Assembly: GCF_006345805.1 (NCBI RefSeq)
Contig: NW_021832490.1
Location: 1 to 30,672, forward strand
DNA length: 30,672 nucleotides
Origin: Octopus sinensis
Taxonomy: Eukaryota
Reading direction: 5' to 3'
In this document: positions 13,524 through 24,474 of the stretch, one piece after another
Numbering within the stretch: position 1 is the first letter of the stretch
Layout: the number at the start of each line of letters is the position of its first letter
The notes under the pieces: model-generated
Databases searched by the model: none
Told to the model about the DNA's origin: nothing
What the model saw: only the letters and a program-made list of their open reading frames with translations
Position numbers and translations under genes: made by a program

Positions 13524-13689
13524 ATATATATGAGCATGTCTAGATATGCGACTATATGCATCAGAATACATACATAAAACAAATTTTACAAATCTGCACA
13601 TATACATACATATATACAAACAAAAATACCCTGTTGTTGATGTCGAAATTCCATATATTTAATACAATATATATATATATATATATACA

Positions 13690-13815
13690 TGCATATATGG
13701 GTACAGGACGTTACCAACGGGGCAAATAACATGAAATTCGTAACCAAACGAAGAATAAACGAGTGAAAGGGGCCTCTATCAGTTGTCAGCTGTCTATTTA
13801 CTCCTCATTTCAAGC
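13690..13815 (-). mobile_element. Penelope-like LTR-type fragment
   Basis: Minus strand GAAATGAGGAG..CAACTGATAGAGG..GTCCTGTACCCATATATGC. The GTCCTGTAC..TATATGC end resembles that of 18415-18650. Confidence 0.4.
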
Positions 13816-14363
13816 AGGACCAGTAATCACAAAGTAGTGAAGTCATTTTAATGATTCACTGATTATAAACTATAATAAAGTAATTATATTTGCATGGTTA
13901 AATTTGCGAAACAAGTGTTGTGATATCAGACTTTCCAATGGTTAAATAAACTTTGTCATGCTATATTTCTCTCGCGTTTTTCTCTGGTATCGTGCTGTAT
14001 ATTCTATATGTTTTGTAGAATGTTATATTAAGGAGTTTCTTTTATGAGTATTAGCTGAATCCATATACTGAAACGTAAAATTATGTGTGTGCGTGTGTGT
14101 TGGGAAGAACGTAAGTAACGTTTAATGTCTACTACAGCTGTTCCGTTAGGATTTTTTCGATGCATTCATGGACTGACATCATTGATTAAATCCACCATCA
14201 TCAGGTAAAATGTTAAACAGCTGTAAACTGATACGATCAAACTTTGATGACGATTTGTCCTTCAACAAATCTCCCTCTCTCTGTCTATATTCCTCTCTCT
14301 CTCTCTCTCTCTCTCTCCACGCTATGAGGGACTCTTCAAGCCAAAACTATCTTAATGAATACA

Positions 14364-14433
<70 letters not shown>

Positions 14434-14601
14434 TATGTATATGCATATATATATATATATGTGTGTGTGTGTATGTATATATATATATACATACATATAT
14501 ATATATAAAATTAAATAAGGCTACAAATTGATATTAATCAATTAAAACCAGTGGCCTAGCATATTTTAAAAAATCCGAAGATTAAAAATTTTTTTACATG
14601 C

Positions 14602-14796
14602 AAAATTTAGAAGACTGACCACTAAAAGTAGACAGCCTATATGCTAAACGTAGACGTCAAAATCGACATTTTCCACGAAGAATGTGTTTTACACTTTGGT
14701 TTTTTGCCGAATTTCTTCTTCGTGGAAAATGGCAATTTTGACGTCTACATCTAGCGTATAGACTGTCCACTTTTAGTGGCCAGTCCTCTAAATTTT
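14602..14796. mobile_element. Foldback/MITE with 81-bp inverted arms
   Basis: 14602-14682 versus reverse complement of 14716-14796: 72/81 identical, no gaps; 33-bp spacer. Confidence 0.9.
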
Positions 14797-14840
14797 TATA
14801 TAAATATATATATATTGAGTGATAGATAGATTTATATGTC

Positions 14841-14881
<41 letters not shown>

Positions 14882-15016
14882 TATTTAAGTAGTATGGATA
14901 ATTCGGTTAATCGATACCTGGGTAGCAAATTTACGTCAGAAAACACGGCTGAAGCTACATGCCAAGGGCAAAACCCCGTGTTCCTGTGTGGAAATTTGTG
15001 TGTTTTTTTTATATGA

Positions 15017-15103
15017 ATAAATGAAAAGAATGGAGTCTTCGAAATATGTGTCGAAAGTAAAGGGATTTTGTTAAAATCTTCGTTCGACTCCATTCTTTTC
15101 ATT

Positions 15104-15106
<3 letters not shown>
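15017..15106. repeat. Perfect 21-bp inverted repeat around a 48-bp spacer
   Basis: ATAAATGAAAAGAATGGAGTC (15017-15037) / GACTCCATTCTTTTCATTTAT (15086-15106); inner GATTTT-GTT-AAAATC hairpin. Confidence 0.85.
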
Positions 15107-15161
<55 letters not shown>

Positions 15162-15504
15162 TATATATATATCTATATATATTATATATATACATACATA
15201 TATACATACATACAGAGAGTGAGAAGTGGATAGCCAGATTAATAGATAGATGCGAATGTATGTATGCATGCATGTATAACTAGCTCAGTATACGGGCACT
15301 TTTCCTACTTCCCTCTTTCTCTCTCTCTCTCTCTCTCCATCTCTCTATCTCTTTCTCTCTCTGGCTCGTAACAAATGTCTTCTGATAGAATTCATTTCTA
15401 TAATTTAGTTTTAAAATCGATAATGCATGTCTCTTCCTTTGTTGCTGAAGCTCTTAAGTACACGCACACATATGCACGCACACACACATATATATCGGTA
15501 GCCA

Positions 15505-15799
<295 letters not shown>

Positions 15800-15954
15800 T
15801 ATATATATACATATATATCTATATATATACATTATATATATATATATATACATATATATACATATGTATGTATTTATAAACGCGTGTATACGTAGAAACC
15901 TGCACAATAAAACCAATAAAGTGGATATATTTGATAGGTGACCGGCGACTGTTG

Positions 15955-15959
<5 letters not shown>

Positions 15960-16028
<69 letters not shown>
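15960..16028. repeat. (TAC)n microsatellite
   Basis: Perfect trinucleotide run. Confidence 0.95.
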
Positions 16029-16031
<3 letters not shown>

Positions 16032-16394
16032 GCTACAACTATTGATGTCGACATCCTCATTATGTTTATTATAATATCATTATTACTACTTTATTACTAT
16101 TATTATTATTATTGGAACGGAAATTATAATATCGGTCAATGAACGGCAGTTTGAAACCTGCCCCCCACCCCAAACATAGTCTAATCGCCTTGCTTTGATC
16201 ATTTCCTCAATACAGCACACCCCCACTTGCACCTCCACCACTCCACCACCACCTCCACTACCTCCAACTATAACACCACCACTACGACCCACCACCACCA
16301 CCACCCAACTCCAACAACACCACCATCACATTGCTTATCAATTATTTTAAACTCTTCCAGTATGACCACCACCACTAGTATCACCAGCAACAAG

Positions 16395-16700
16395 TATAAC
16401 AAGAAGAAGGAAAAGAAGGGATTGCAGGAAGAAGAGAAAGATGGAGAAGATGAGGAAGGCGGAGAGGAGGAAAGGAGGATGGGAGGAGGGAGAAGAGAAG
16501 GAAAGAGGAGTAGAAGAAGGAAGAGGAGGAGGACGACGACGACAACAAAAAGAAGAAAAAGAAGAAAAAGAAAGGGAAGAAGAAGATGATGACGATGATG
16601 ATGAAGAAGAAAAAGAGGACGAGTTTGAATAGGAAGAGAAAAAGAGGAAGGAGGAGGAAGAGGAAAAGGGAAGTAGAGGAGGAGAGGGCGGCGGCGGCGA
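16395..16700. repeat. Polypurine GAA/GAG low-complexity tract
   Basis: A/G-dominated + strand, flanked by ACC- and ACA/GCA-rich tracts (16230-17020). Confidence 0.85.
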
Positions 16701-17024
16701 GAAATATGATTAAGATTTCTGCATAAGAGCGAAAGCGACGAGAACATCAATATGAGCAACATTCCGAACAGCAATAACAACGGCAGCAACGACTAGGGCG
16801 ACGACGACGACGACGGCGACGACGACAATAGCAAATACAACAACAACAACAACAACAACTGCAAGCCAAGAGCAAGAAGAACAAAATGACATACAGGATA
16901 AAGAAGAGCAACAGCGTCGTCAACAACGACAACAACATCCATCACAGCAACAGCAACAACAACAGCAACAATAACAACAAAATGACATACAAGATAAAGA
17001 AGAGCAACAACAACAACAACACCC

Positions 17025-17248
17025 AGGTATAGCGGCTTCCCCTCTCCACACCACAGATGTTATTCAAGGGAAAGGCAAAGGGGCCGATACGGCGTGGCAC
17101 CTGTGACGTCACAAATCATTTCTACAGCTGAGTGAACTGGAGCAACGTGAAATAAAGTGTCTTGCCCAAGAACACAACACGCAGCCCGGTCCGGGTTTCG
17201 AACTCACAACTTCACGATCGTAAGCTCGACGCTCTAACCACTGAGCCA
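17025..17248 (-). mobile_element. tRNA-derived SINE with CORE/V-like central domain
   Basis: Minus strand TGGCTCAGTGGTTAGAGCG (A box), GTTCGAAACC (B box), then TTCTTGGGCAAGACACTT..CAGCTGTAGAAATG resembling the CORE-type central motif. Confidence 0.85.
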
Positions 17249-17789
17249 TATACAGCATATCAAAATGACCTGCACGTGTTTCTGATGTTGTGGAAGAGGA
17301 CTGAAGTGAAGAGAAGGAAAGTAAGGAAGAGAGAGAAGATAAAAGAAAGAATAGAAGAGGGGAGGCATCCGACAGACGAAGGGGCATAACTATACATGTA
17401 TGCATGTGTGTGTGTGTGTATGCATGAATGAATGCATGCATGTATGTAAGTATGAATTAAATTTTGGTGTAGATGATGCGATACTAATAGACTGGTGTAA
17501 GAAATTCACAATATATGGGATTCAGATAAAAAGTGTTGGTCAAGTACAGACCATGATAAGAATGACAAGCTATAAGGTGAGGCACAAGCACTCAGCTGGG
17601 AAGTAACTTGCATCTGATAGCGGAAACAGCTGTTAGCTAATGAGTTTCATTAGATAATTTCTTGTACGATGTCATTTATTGAATTTCTTTGATATATATA
17701 TATATATATATATATAATATAATATATATATTAATTATTGTATATATAATATATATATATATATATGTATATATGTTATATATATTATG

Positions 17790-17822
<33 letters not shown>

Positions 17823-17830
17823 ATATTGTG

Positions 17831-17898
<68 letters not shown>

Positions 17899-17968
17899 CA
17901 TATATATAATATATATAAGAAATATTGAATTTCTAAATTCTCGTAGAGACATGTACGGTGGTGGGGCG

Positions 17969-18305
17969 ATAGAATGGTTGTATACTGTCAATCTAACAAG
18001 AACGTTACAGTAGGGGTACACCACCGCTGTATAGCCCTAGGAAGCATCGAACGCCTCCTGATGGCTTTGACACATTTCTTCCCTGTGTCTTTATATACAT
18101 ACGAAGGGGGAGAAAACACCCCGGCTGCCGGAACTGCATCTAGGGACACCGTGTTTCAGGATCGTTGTCCTTCATTGGCCTAGAGTAGCAGACACCGGTC
18201 AGCTGGTGATATTTGCCTCGACTTCGTAATTGTATATATCTATGGGCTATACAGCGGTGGTGTACCCCCTACTGTCACGTTATTGTTAGATTGACAGTAT
18301 ACAAC

Positions 18306-18313
<8 letters not shown>
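17969..18313. mobile_element. MITE with ~70-bp TIRs in TA context
   Basis: ATAGAATGGTTGTATACTGTCAATCTAACAA..CACCACCGCTGTATAGCCC (17969-18037) versus its reverse complement at 18244-18313: two mismatches and a 1-nt indel; ~205-bp interior. Confidence 0.9.
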
Positions 18314-18342
<29 letters not shown>

Positions 18343-18414
18343 GGAGATAAATAAAAATATATGCATACATACAAACATATATGTACGTACCTACAACTAC
18401 ATGTATATATACAT

Positions 18415-18650
18415 GCATATATAAATAAATACGGGAGTACAGGACATCACAATAAGACGTCGTAGAAACGGAAAAAAGCAAAAAAACAAAAAAAAAAAAC
18501 AAGAAAAACGGAAAACGAAAACAAGAAAACGAAAAACAATACAGGACGAGCTACACAAGACAAAAACCCCGTCATCAGCTGTCGCTAGAGGAGTCAGGCT
18601 GTTTCGAAGGCATAACAGAACACTAATCCAATAGGCCTTCCTGCGAGAGA
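18415..18650 (-). mobile_element. Penelope-like LTR-type fragment
   Basis: Minus strand TTCGAAACAGCCTGAC..GACAGCTGATGACGGGG..GTCCTGTAC..TATATGC: hammerhead-like GAAAC and CTGATGA words in permuted order, then a pyrimidine-rich tail. Confidence 0.4.
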
Positions 18651-19606
18651 ATTAAAATAAAATTCCAAGCAGCGGGGCAAAATGAGTACGAACACAAACA
18701 AGACGTAACAATAAGACTGCAAAATTAAAATACATGTACAAAAACAACACACAAGAGGACGAACGAAAAAGCCTTTTTTCTGGCATAGACAAACGATAAA
18801 ACTGCAAAAATAAAAATACATGTACAAAAAGTACAATTAGTTACAAAACGAAAAATAACAAGAATACTATACAGGAAATCAACCACACAAGGGGACGAAC
18901 GAAGAAGCCTTTTGCTGGCAAGGACGAAAGTGTAGTATCAGCGCGTGGAGGCAGTCTTTTCATATATATATATGTATATGTATATGCATGCATATATAAA
19001 TATATGTATGTGTATGTATATATGTATGTATGTATATGTATATATATGTATATGTATATGTACGTATATTGATTGTGTGTGTGTGTACGTGTACATATGT
19101 ATATGTATGTGTGCATTTAAATTCATACATGACTGCACACACAAACACACACTCATAATCCATCCATTCGTCCATCCATACACGCACACGCACATACATG
19201 CATACATACGTATATCCATATATATATACATATAGGTATTAGCCTTAACCACATTATTATAAACAATAAAGTATATTATAATAATACACTCTGGAATAAG
19301 TCTTGTGCATATTTTGAAAGTTTATTGCCTTCTAAATTAGTTAACTCTAATTAATTTTCTAATTTCATAATTCTTCACTAATTATGTAACAATTTGTCTC
19401 ACATGACCAAAATATTTGAAGAATTTTTTTTCAGATTTATTCCCAGTTTTCTCGTTTTTCTTCTAAATTTTACTTTATTCCTACTTCAAATTTTCTTCTT
19501 GTTCTTCTCATTCTTGTCTTTCTTTTTCCGATTCTCCTCTCCTTCTCCTCTTCCTCTTCCTCGTCCTCCGTTTCTATATGTTGTTGTTGTTATTGCTATT
19601 ATTAAT

Positions 19607-19817
19607 GCGGTGAGCTGGCACAAACGTTAGCTAGCCGGGCAAAATGTTGCCGCGTTCCGAGTTCAAATTCCGCCGAAGTCGACTTTGTCTTTCATTCTTT
19701 CGGGGTCGATTCAATAAGAACCAGTTACGCACTGGGGTCGATATAATCGACTTAATCCATTTGTCTGTCCTTGCTTGTCCTCTCTGTGTTTAGCTTCTTG
19801 TGGGTAATAAACAAATA
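19607..19817 (+). mobile_element. tRNA-derived SINE (same family as 28118-28347), with internal deletion
   Basis: GCGGTGAGCTGGCACAAACGTTAG head, GAGTTCAAATTCC B box, GTCGACTTT..CACTGGGGTCGAT..TCGACT body. Confidence 0.9.
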
Positions 19818-19979
19818 GGTATTTCGTCTGTCTTTACGTTCTGAGTTCAAGTTCCACCGAGGTCGACTTTACCTTTCATCCTTTCGGAGTTGATAAATTA
19901 AGTACCAGTTGCGTACTAGTCTCGATCTAATCGACTGGCCAACTCTCACCAAATTTCAGGCTTTGTGCCTATAGTAGAA

Positions 19980-20052
<73 letters not shown>

Positions 20053-20053
20053 T
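19818..20053 (+). mobile_element. 5'-truncated related SINE with (ATT)n tail, fused to the previous SINE
   Basis: GGTATTTCGTCTG..GAGTTCAAG..GTCGACTTT..GCTTTGTGCCTATAGTAGAAA, then (TTA)n at 19981-20053; same 3' end as the 22503-22771 copy. Confidence 0.85.
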
Positions 20054-20092
20054 TTACATAGTATATATAGTAAATCACGATATATATATGAC

Positions 20093-20305
20093 CGCGTGTT
20101 TATCGTTGGTGATTTTTCCCCCTGTCTTCCCTTCATTGGATCTTTCCTTTTCCTATGTTTCTGACGAAGAGCTCCGCTCGAAACGTTAAATCCTCATTCT
20201 TTCTTTTCCTGAGTGTCCAATAACACTATACTTGTCCCACGTCCTCGCGTTGTTGTGTTTTCTCTTTGTGTTTTCATGTTTGGATTAACTGTATATATAT
20301 TTATA
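20093..20305 (+). mobile_element. Penelope-like LTR fragment containing a minimal hammerhead
   Basis: Homologous over ~180 bp to the reverse complement of 28521-28700; ends TTGGATTAACT then (TA)n in both copies. Confidence 0.7.
20157..20191 (+). ncRNA. Minimal type I hammerhead ribozyme motif
   Basis: GTTT-CTGACGA-A-GAGC(TCC)GCTC-GAAAC-GTT-AAAT: intact CUGANGA and GAAA core, 4-bp stem II, palindromic AACGTT stem III, short stem I. Activity untested. Confidence 0.65.
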
Positions 20306-20406
20306 CACACATATAAATACATATATATGTGTGTTTGTGTATATATATATATACATATGTATGTGCGTGTGTGGGTGTTTTATCAGTCAGTGTTCTAGGT
20401 GAGACA

Positions 20407-20444
<38 letters not shown>

Positions 20445-20729
20445 ATACTACTACTACGATGACGACGACATTTTGTTGTATACGTCAAATATGGAATGAT
20501 TTGATGGAAAATCTCCCAGTCCCCTACCTCGTCCACCCTGCTACTACTACTGCTGCTGCAGCTGCTACTACTATTACTGCTACTACTACTACTGCTATGA
20601 CGTCAACAACGAGCATGGCGGCGACGATATTTTGTGTACACCAGATCGAATATGATTTGAAGGAAGTTCTCCTCCTCTTTCCCTCCATCACTCCTTCTCC
20701 TCCTGCTACAACTACTTCTACTTAATCGG

Positions 20730-20877
20730 ATGAGAGGGTAATGTCAAGTACATCGACCCCAGTGTTTAACTGGTACTCTTTTAATCCATCCCGAAAGGAT
20801 TAAAGTCGACCTCAGCGGAATTTCAACTCTGAACGTAAAGACGGACGAAATGCTGGTAAGCAGCTTGTCCGGTATCC
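20730..20877 (-). mobile_element. Truncated, diverged SINE copy
   Basis: Minus strand CATTTCGTCCGTCTTTACGTTCAGAGTTGAAATTCCGCTGAGGTCGACTTT..CACTGGGGTCGATGTA matches the SINE body. Confidence 0.8.
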
Positions 20878-20899
20878 AAAAATGATAATAAGAATAATA

Positions 20900-20914
20900 A
20901 TAGTAGTAGTTGTT

Positions 20915-20971
<57 letters not shown>

Positions 20972-21160
20972 ATGGGGTGGTAGTAGTAGTAGTATTAGTA
21001 GAGGTAGTGGTGGTGATGGTAGTAGTAGCAGCAGCAGCAAAACAGTAGCAGCTGTAACAATAATACTACTACTAGTAGTAGTAATAGCAACAGTAGCAAA
21101 ACAGCGGCAGCATATTATACTGGTAGTAGTAGTAGTAGTATTAGTATAGTAGTAGTAGTT

Positions 21161-21196
<36 letters not shown>

Positions 21197-21200
21197 ATTG
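20900..21200. repeat. (TAG)n-rich degenerate array
   Basis: Runs of GTA/TAG with GTG, GCA and GTT variants; complementary (TAC)n at ~20408-20455. Confidence 0.9.
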
Positions 21201-21386
21201 TTGTTGTTGTTGTTGCTGCTGAAGTAGTAATAGCAAAAACAAACAAAAAAGTAATAAAATTGTAAAACCACAAATATAATTTAATCATCGTAAACAAAAC
21301 CAAACAAAATAAATACAGAAGAAAAAAGAAAAGCAAAAAAAATATCGTGAAACGATTTATTAATTTGAAATATTGGTCGTCCACAG

Positions 21387-21486
21387 ATTGGCATCTGAAG
21401 AGTTTTTGGTCTCTCTTCGACGTTTTATGTTGGAATTGGCATCAAGTAGAGATAGTCGGAAATCAAGTGGCAGAAAATGAGATTCG
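21387..21486 (+). other. Candidate 100-bp exon
   Basis: GTCCACAG| acceptor and TCG|GTAAAT donor; open frame (phase 1 to 2) WHLKSFWSLFDVLCWNWHQVEIVGNQVAENEI. Product not recognised. Confidence 0.3.
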
Positions 21487-21755
21487 GTAAATGGAGAAGA
21501 ATTTCTTTAAACGTTTGCACCTTAAAAAGCACACAAGTCTTTACACGCGCGCGCACACATATACATTCACACACATGCACACACAGACCCAACCCATATA
21601 TACATATACATATATATATATACACATATATATATACGAAAAGATACACACACGCATACTCACACACACTGACACACTCACAAGGCCAGACGGAATTACT
21701 TTTTTCCTTCACACATCTATCTATGTATCTATATCTCCCTTTATATAAGTGTGTA

Positions 21756-21802
<47 letters not shown>

Positions 21803-21974
21803 TCTTTCTCTGTATATAAACAGAGAGAGAAAGAGAGGGAGGGATGTAGTGATGCAGATAAACACAATTAAGGTTGACTCAAATATACAAATGTATACAT
21901 ATTCAGAAAGTTAAAAAGCATATATCGATATAGATATAGTGCAGGCATACACACACATATGCATTTCATATATA

Positions 21975-22048
<74 letters not shown>

Positions 22049-22501
22049 GTGTGTGTGTGTGGTGTGTGTGTGTGTGTGGTGTGTGTGTATGTATGTGTAT
22101 GTATATATATATTTATATATATATATATACATACATATACATACATAGATATATACATACATATATATATATAGTATGTATACATAAACCACAGAAATAC
22201 AGAATGCTAAGAGAATAGATAATTTCTTAACACGACAGCTGTACCAGGAAGGTCAGTCTTACGTAATAATCGTAATATTCATAATTTTCAGATGCGGTAT
22301 ATAAGGCATCTTGGGTATGCAGTCGCATAGGGATATTACAAGTCCAGTTTCCTTTCATCAAGAGAAAGTTAGCAAAAGCATGTGATACAATAGTACCAGA
22401 GATTTAAATATTAAAGGGGAACAAGAGGAACAAGAAGAACAAAAGGCAGAGAGGGGGAGGTGATGTGACTTTTGTTCGTATTTCTCAACAACAACAACAA
22501 C

Positions 22502-22502
<1 letters not shown>

Positions 22503-22573
<71 letters not shown>

Positions 22574-22771
22574 CATTTCTACTAAAGGCACAAGGCCTGC
22601 AATTTTGTGGCAGTGGGCTAGATGACTACATCGACCCTGTTTTTCGACCCCCAAAGAGCCAAAGAAGACAGATTCGACCCCAGTGGAAGTTGAACTCAGA
22701 AGGTAAACACGGACAAAACACCACTAAGTATTTCGTCCGGTGTCCTAACGATTCTGCCACCACACCGCCTT
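22503..22771 (-). mobile_element. Diverged full-length SINE with (ATT)n tail
   Basis: Minus strand AAGGCGGTGTGGTGGCAGAATCGTTAG head, GAGTTCAAC B box, GGCCTTGTGCCTTTAGTAGAAA end, then (ATT)n (plus-strand AAT run at 22503-22573). Confidence 0.85.
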
Positions 22772-22809
22772 AACTGGTTTCACACTTTTTGCAAAAGGCA
22801 AAGGACACG

Positions 22810-22841
22810 ACGAAGAAAAGGAAGAAGAAGAGAAGAAGAAG

Positions 22842-22872
<31 letters not shown>

Positions 22873-23365
22873 GAGGGGAGGAGAATAAGAGAAGAAGAAA
22901 AAGAAGAGGAAGAAGAAAAGGAAGGTGAAGGTAGAGGGAAGGAGGAGAATAAGGAGGAGGGCGGGAATAAGGAGGAGGGGGAGAATAAGGAGGAGGAGGA
23001 AAAGAAGAAAAAGATGGAGAAAACGATGAAGAAGAAAAAGAGGAGGAAGATGAAGTGAGGGAGAGGAGAAAAAGAGAGGAAGAAGAGGAAGAAGAAAAGG
23101 AAGATGAAGGTAGAGGGCAGGAGGAGGGGAGCATATGGAGGAGGAGGAAGGGAGAATAAGGTGGAGGAGGAGGAGGAGGCGGAGGCGGAAGAGAAGAGAA
23201 GGAAAAGAAGATAAGACGAAAAAGAAGAGAAGAGAAGAAAAGAAGAGGAAGAAAGAAGAAGAGAAGAAGAAGAAGAAGAAGAAGAAGAGGAGAAGAAGAA
23301 GAAGAAGAAGAAGAAGAAGAAGAAGAAGAAGAAGAAGAAGAAGAAGAAGAAGAGAAGAAGTAGAG
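22810..23365. repeat. ~550-bp polypurine (GAA/GAG)n tract
   Basis: Pure GAA runs at both ends, GGAGGAG-rich middle. Confidence 0.9.
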
Positions 23366-23441
23366 CAACAACAACAACTACAGCAGCAACGGTAGCAACA
23401 ACAACACAGACAACGATATTTACTTCACAACACGACCCGAC

Positions 23442-23548
23442 CTTCGCATTGATCTCCACTCCCTCTCTTGCAATTTTTATCTCAGCCATGTTGGATACTA
23501 TTTCGCTCCCCGTAGCAAGCAACTCTCTCGTTGTATCAAAACGGTTGC
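23442..23548 (-). other. Candidate 107-bp internal coding exon
   Basis: Strong acceptor TTTTTTTTGTTTTGCTTTAG|G; only one frame open (NRFDTTRELLATGSEIVSNMAEIKIAREGVEINAK); donor AAG|GTCGGG, alternative GAA|GTAAAT ending at 23424. A competing + strand acceptor exists at 23485. Confidence 0.4.
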
Positions 23549-24156
23549 CTAAAGCAAAACAAAAAAAAAAAGAATGAAAGAAACCAATAAACAAAAAAGA
23601 AAAGAACAATACCAAAAAAAAACTAATAATAATAATAATAATAATAATATAATAATAACGAAAATGTCCTTCTAATAAATATCTTTATAGAAGTAACACA
23701 CAAAAAACGGGAACACCCGTTCGTTACAGCAACAACAAAAACACCACAGAAACAGCAAGAAAATTCAATGAAATGAGGGAAAGAGATTAAAAGAGTCTTT
23801 CTTTCTTTGTGATGACGTAATTGGGGGCAAATGGTTTTGTTTTTTTGGTTTTTTTTCCTTCTTTTCTGCGCTTTAATGGCGTGCTTATTGCTCCGAGGCG
23901 CCTTGAAGTCAGTGTTGGTTTCGCTAAATGAGAGGCTATTTGCCCGTGGAATACCTCACAGAGCGAGATAGAAATCTGAGGAAGAATACGCTGGTTTGTT
24001 GATGAATTCATAAACATTCAATCAATTATCTAAGCGTTGATAAGTACATATGTGTGGGTGAATGTACACACACATACACATATATTTGTTTACAGATGTT
24101 TGCATTACGTGTCCGTGTGTATAAATACACACACACACACATATATATATCTATAT

Positions 24157-24350
24157 ATCGTGATGTATATTTGCCACCTAAATGTGGCTGACACATATGG
24201 GACTATGCTACTGTAGTCGCAAATACTAACCGGGCAGAGACAGTGTGTCGTTAACCAGCTGGAGGTGATGTCTTCCTGGGGCTATAAACAACAGTAGCAT
24301 CGTCCCATACGGGTCAGTCACATTTTTAGGTGGCAAATATTCTTCACGAT
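24157..24350. mobile_element. Foldback/MITE family A, short form with ~58-60-bp arms
   Basis: 24157-24214 versus reverse complement of 24291-24350: 6 mismatches plus a 2-nt gap. The interior carries the CCAGCTGGAG..CCTGGGGCTA segment seen at 4660 and 7827. Confidence 0.85.
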
Positions 24351-24474
24351 GTCGTGCGCTGCTACGGTTTATATCTCACCCAGAGATTTACTATTGCTTT
24401 TTCGAGATCAAGGAGGGTTTGTCACTGGAAAAAGCATGTTGTATTTTGTGTTCGGGACAACTTCTCATCCTTAG

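Noticed and set aside
17175-17248. tRNA-like sequence with A and B boxes
   Set aside because: Runs into a SINE body and lacks a complete cloverleaf; it is a SINE head, not a tRNA gene.
22292-22314. 23-bp micro-exon candidate (TTTCAG| .. |GTATGC)
   Set aside because: Gives a stop in the phase needed to follow the 21387 candidate; not supportable without reads.
22745-23395. Poly-Arg/Lys/Glu and poly-Ser/Phe/Leu ORFs
   Set aside because: Translations of the polypurine tract; similar ORFs at 4158-4712 and 16227-16789.
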